From assembly GCF_016433145.1 (NCBI RefSeq), contig NC_058135.1, positions 227,010,483 through 227,074,482 on the forward strand: a stretch of 64,000 nt of DNA. The letters are read 5' to 3'. Made by a program: the position numbers and the translations under genes. Shown one piece after another: positions 63,001 through 64,000 of this stretch (the first letter of the stretch is position 1; every line of letters starts with the position of its first letter). A model generated the notes under the pieces. That model did not search any database and was not told the origin of the DNA. It saw nothing but the letters and a program-made list of their open reading frames with translations. This DNA comes from Gracilinanus agilis (Eukaryota).

Positions 63001-63464
63001 AAACAGCAGATTAAAGCATCTCTCTGTCTCTCTCTCTTTCTCTCTTTTCTTTGAAAAATTATTTATTTTTAACATTCTTTTTATTACATTTTGAGTTCCA
63101 AATTCTCTCCCTATCACTAGGCCTTCGCTCACCCATTAAAAAGGCAAGTAATATTATATCTTTTTTTTTTCAAAACATGACTAAAGCAGAAATATGTTTT
63201 GCATGATTTCATATGTGTTTAGAATATTTTATTTTCTTGTTTTATTAATGACTAAGGGAGGGAGTAAAGGAGAGATTTTACAACTGAAAATAAACATTTT
63301 TTTAAAGAAACAAGTGGTATTGTTTATATATTTTTGCAAACGTCTTTAATGTTTACTTTAATAAAAGATAGTTGCATTTTCGTATTGGCTTCTTCATTTA
63401 GTCTACTGTGATATGTTGTGTGGTTGGAATGTATGAAGAAAATCAAACTTTGCAGAAATATGTA

Positions 63465-64000
63465 CCAGCACACCTTGTTTGTGCCTCACAGATACAGTAT
63501 TGCATTTTTTGCAGATTGAAGGTTTGTAGCAACCCTGGGTAGAACAAGTCTATCTGTTGCCATTTTTCTAACAAAAAGTGCTCACATTGTGTCTCTGAGC
63601 CATGTTTTAGTATTTTTCACAGTATTACTAACTCTTTCAACATTTTGTCATATCTATTATGGTATCTGTGATCAGTGATCACTAGTGTAATTGTTTTGGG
63701 GTACCACTAAACCTGCCTCTATAGGGCAGCCAACTTAACTGACAAATAATGTGTGTTTTGACTACTCCACCAATGGCTGTTCCCTGCCACCTCCCTCCTC
63801 CCCCCCGCATTTCCTGAGACACAATATTGAAATTCAGCTAATTAACAATTCTACACTGGCTTTTAAGCTTTCAAGTGAAAGGAAGAGTCAAAACAAACTT
63901 CGCTGTTGTCTTATTTTAAGAAATTGGCACTGCCACCATGACCCTGCTTAGTGAGCAGCCATCGACAATAGGCAAGACCCTCCACCAGCAAAGAGATTAC
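63465..64000 (+). mobile_element. Tigger1-like (pogo) DNA transposon, internally deleted, runs off window
   Basis: Resembles recalled Tigger1 5' end (TTGAAGGTTTGTAGCAACCCTG; TCAAGTGAAAGGAAGAG) joined to 3' part (GCAAGACCCTCCACCAGCAAA). Confidence 0.65.

Overview
This is eukaryotic (marsupial) genomic DNA, not microbial, so genes are spliced and most long ORFs in the track are GC-rich or repeat-derived noise. The dominant ~190-bp tRNA-headed SINE resembles the opossum SINE1_Mdo type, suggesting a didelphid such as Monodelphis. Gene content: RTKN (rhotekin, +, 948-17464; 12 core coding exons, alternative first exons, a frame-switching cassette exon); WDR54 (-, 21445-18186; 9 coding exons, 334 aa, tail-to-tail with RTKN); a shared CpG-rich bidirectional promoter (~22300-23110); the C2orf81 orthologue (+, 22979-25831; 4 exons, ~605 aa); an intact 6-exon RDH11/12-like short-chain dehydrogenase gene (+, 32941-48052, 339 aa) that I do not recall from the syntenic human interval; and a disabled duplicate of its promoter/exon 1 (56864-59388) hit by two solo LTRs. 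The rest is SINEs, L1, CR1/L3, LTR/ERV debris, hAT MITEs and a Tigger-like element. The most unusual structure is a 1.5-kb LTR-type insertion in RTKN intron 2 whose two ends are inverted rather than direct repeats, with a 4-bp target-site duplication. Gene and repeat names come from recalled sequences and hand-read splice phases; no searches were run.
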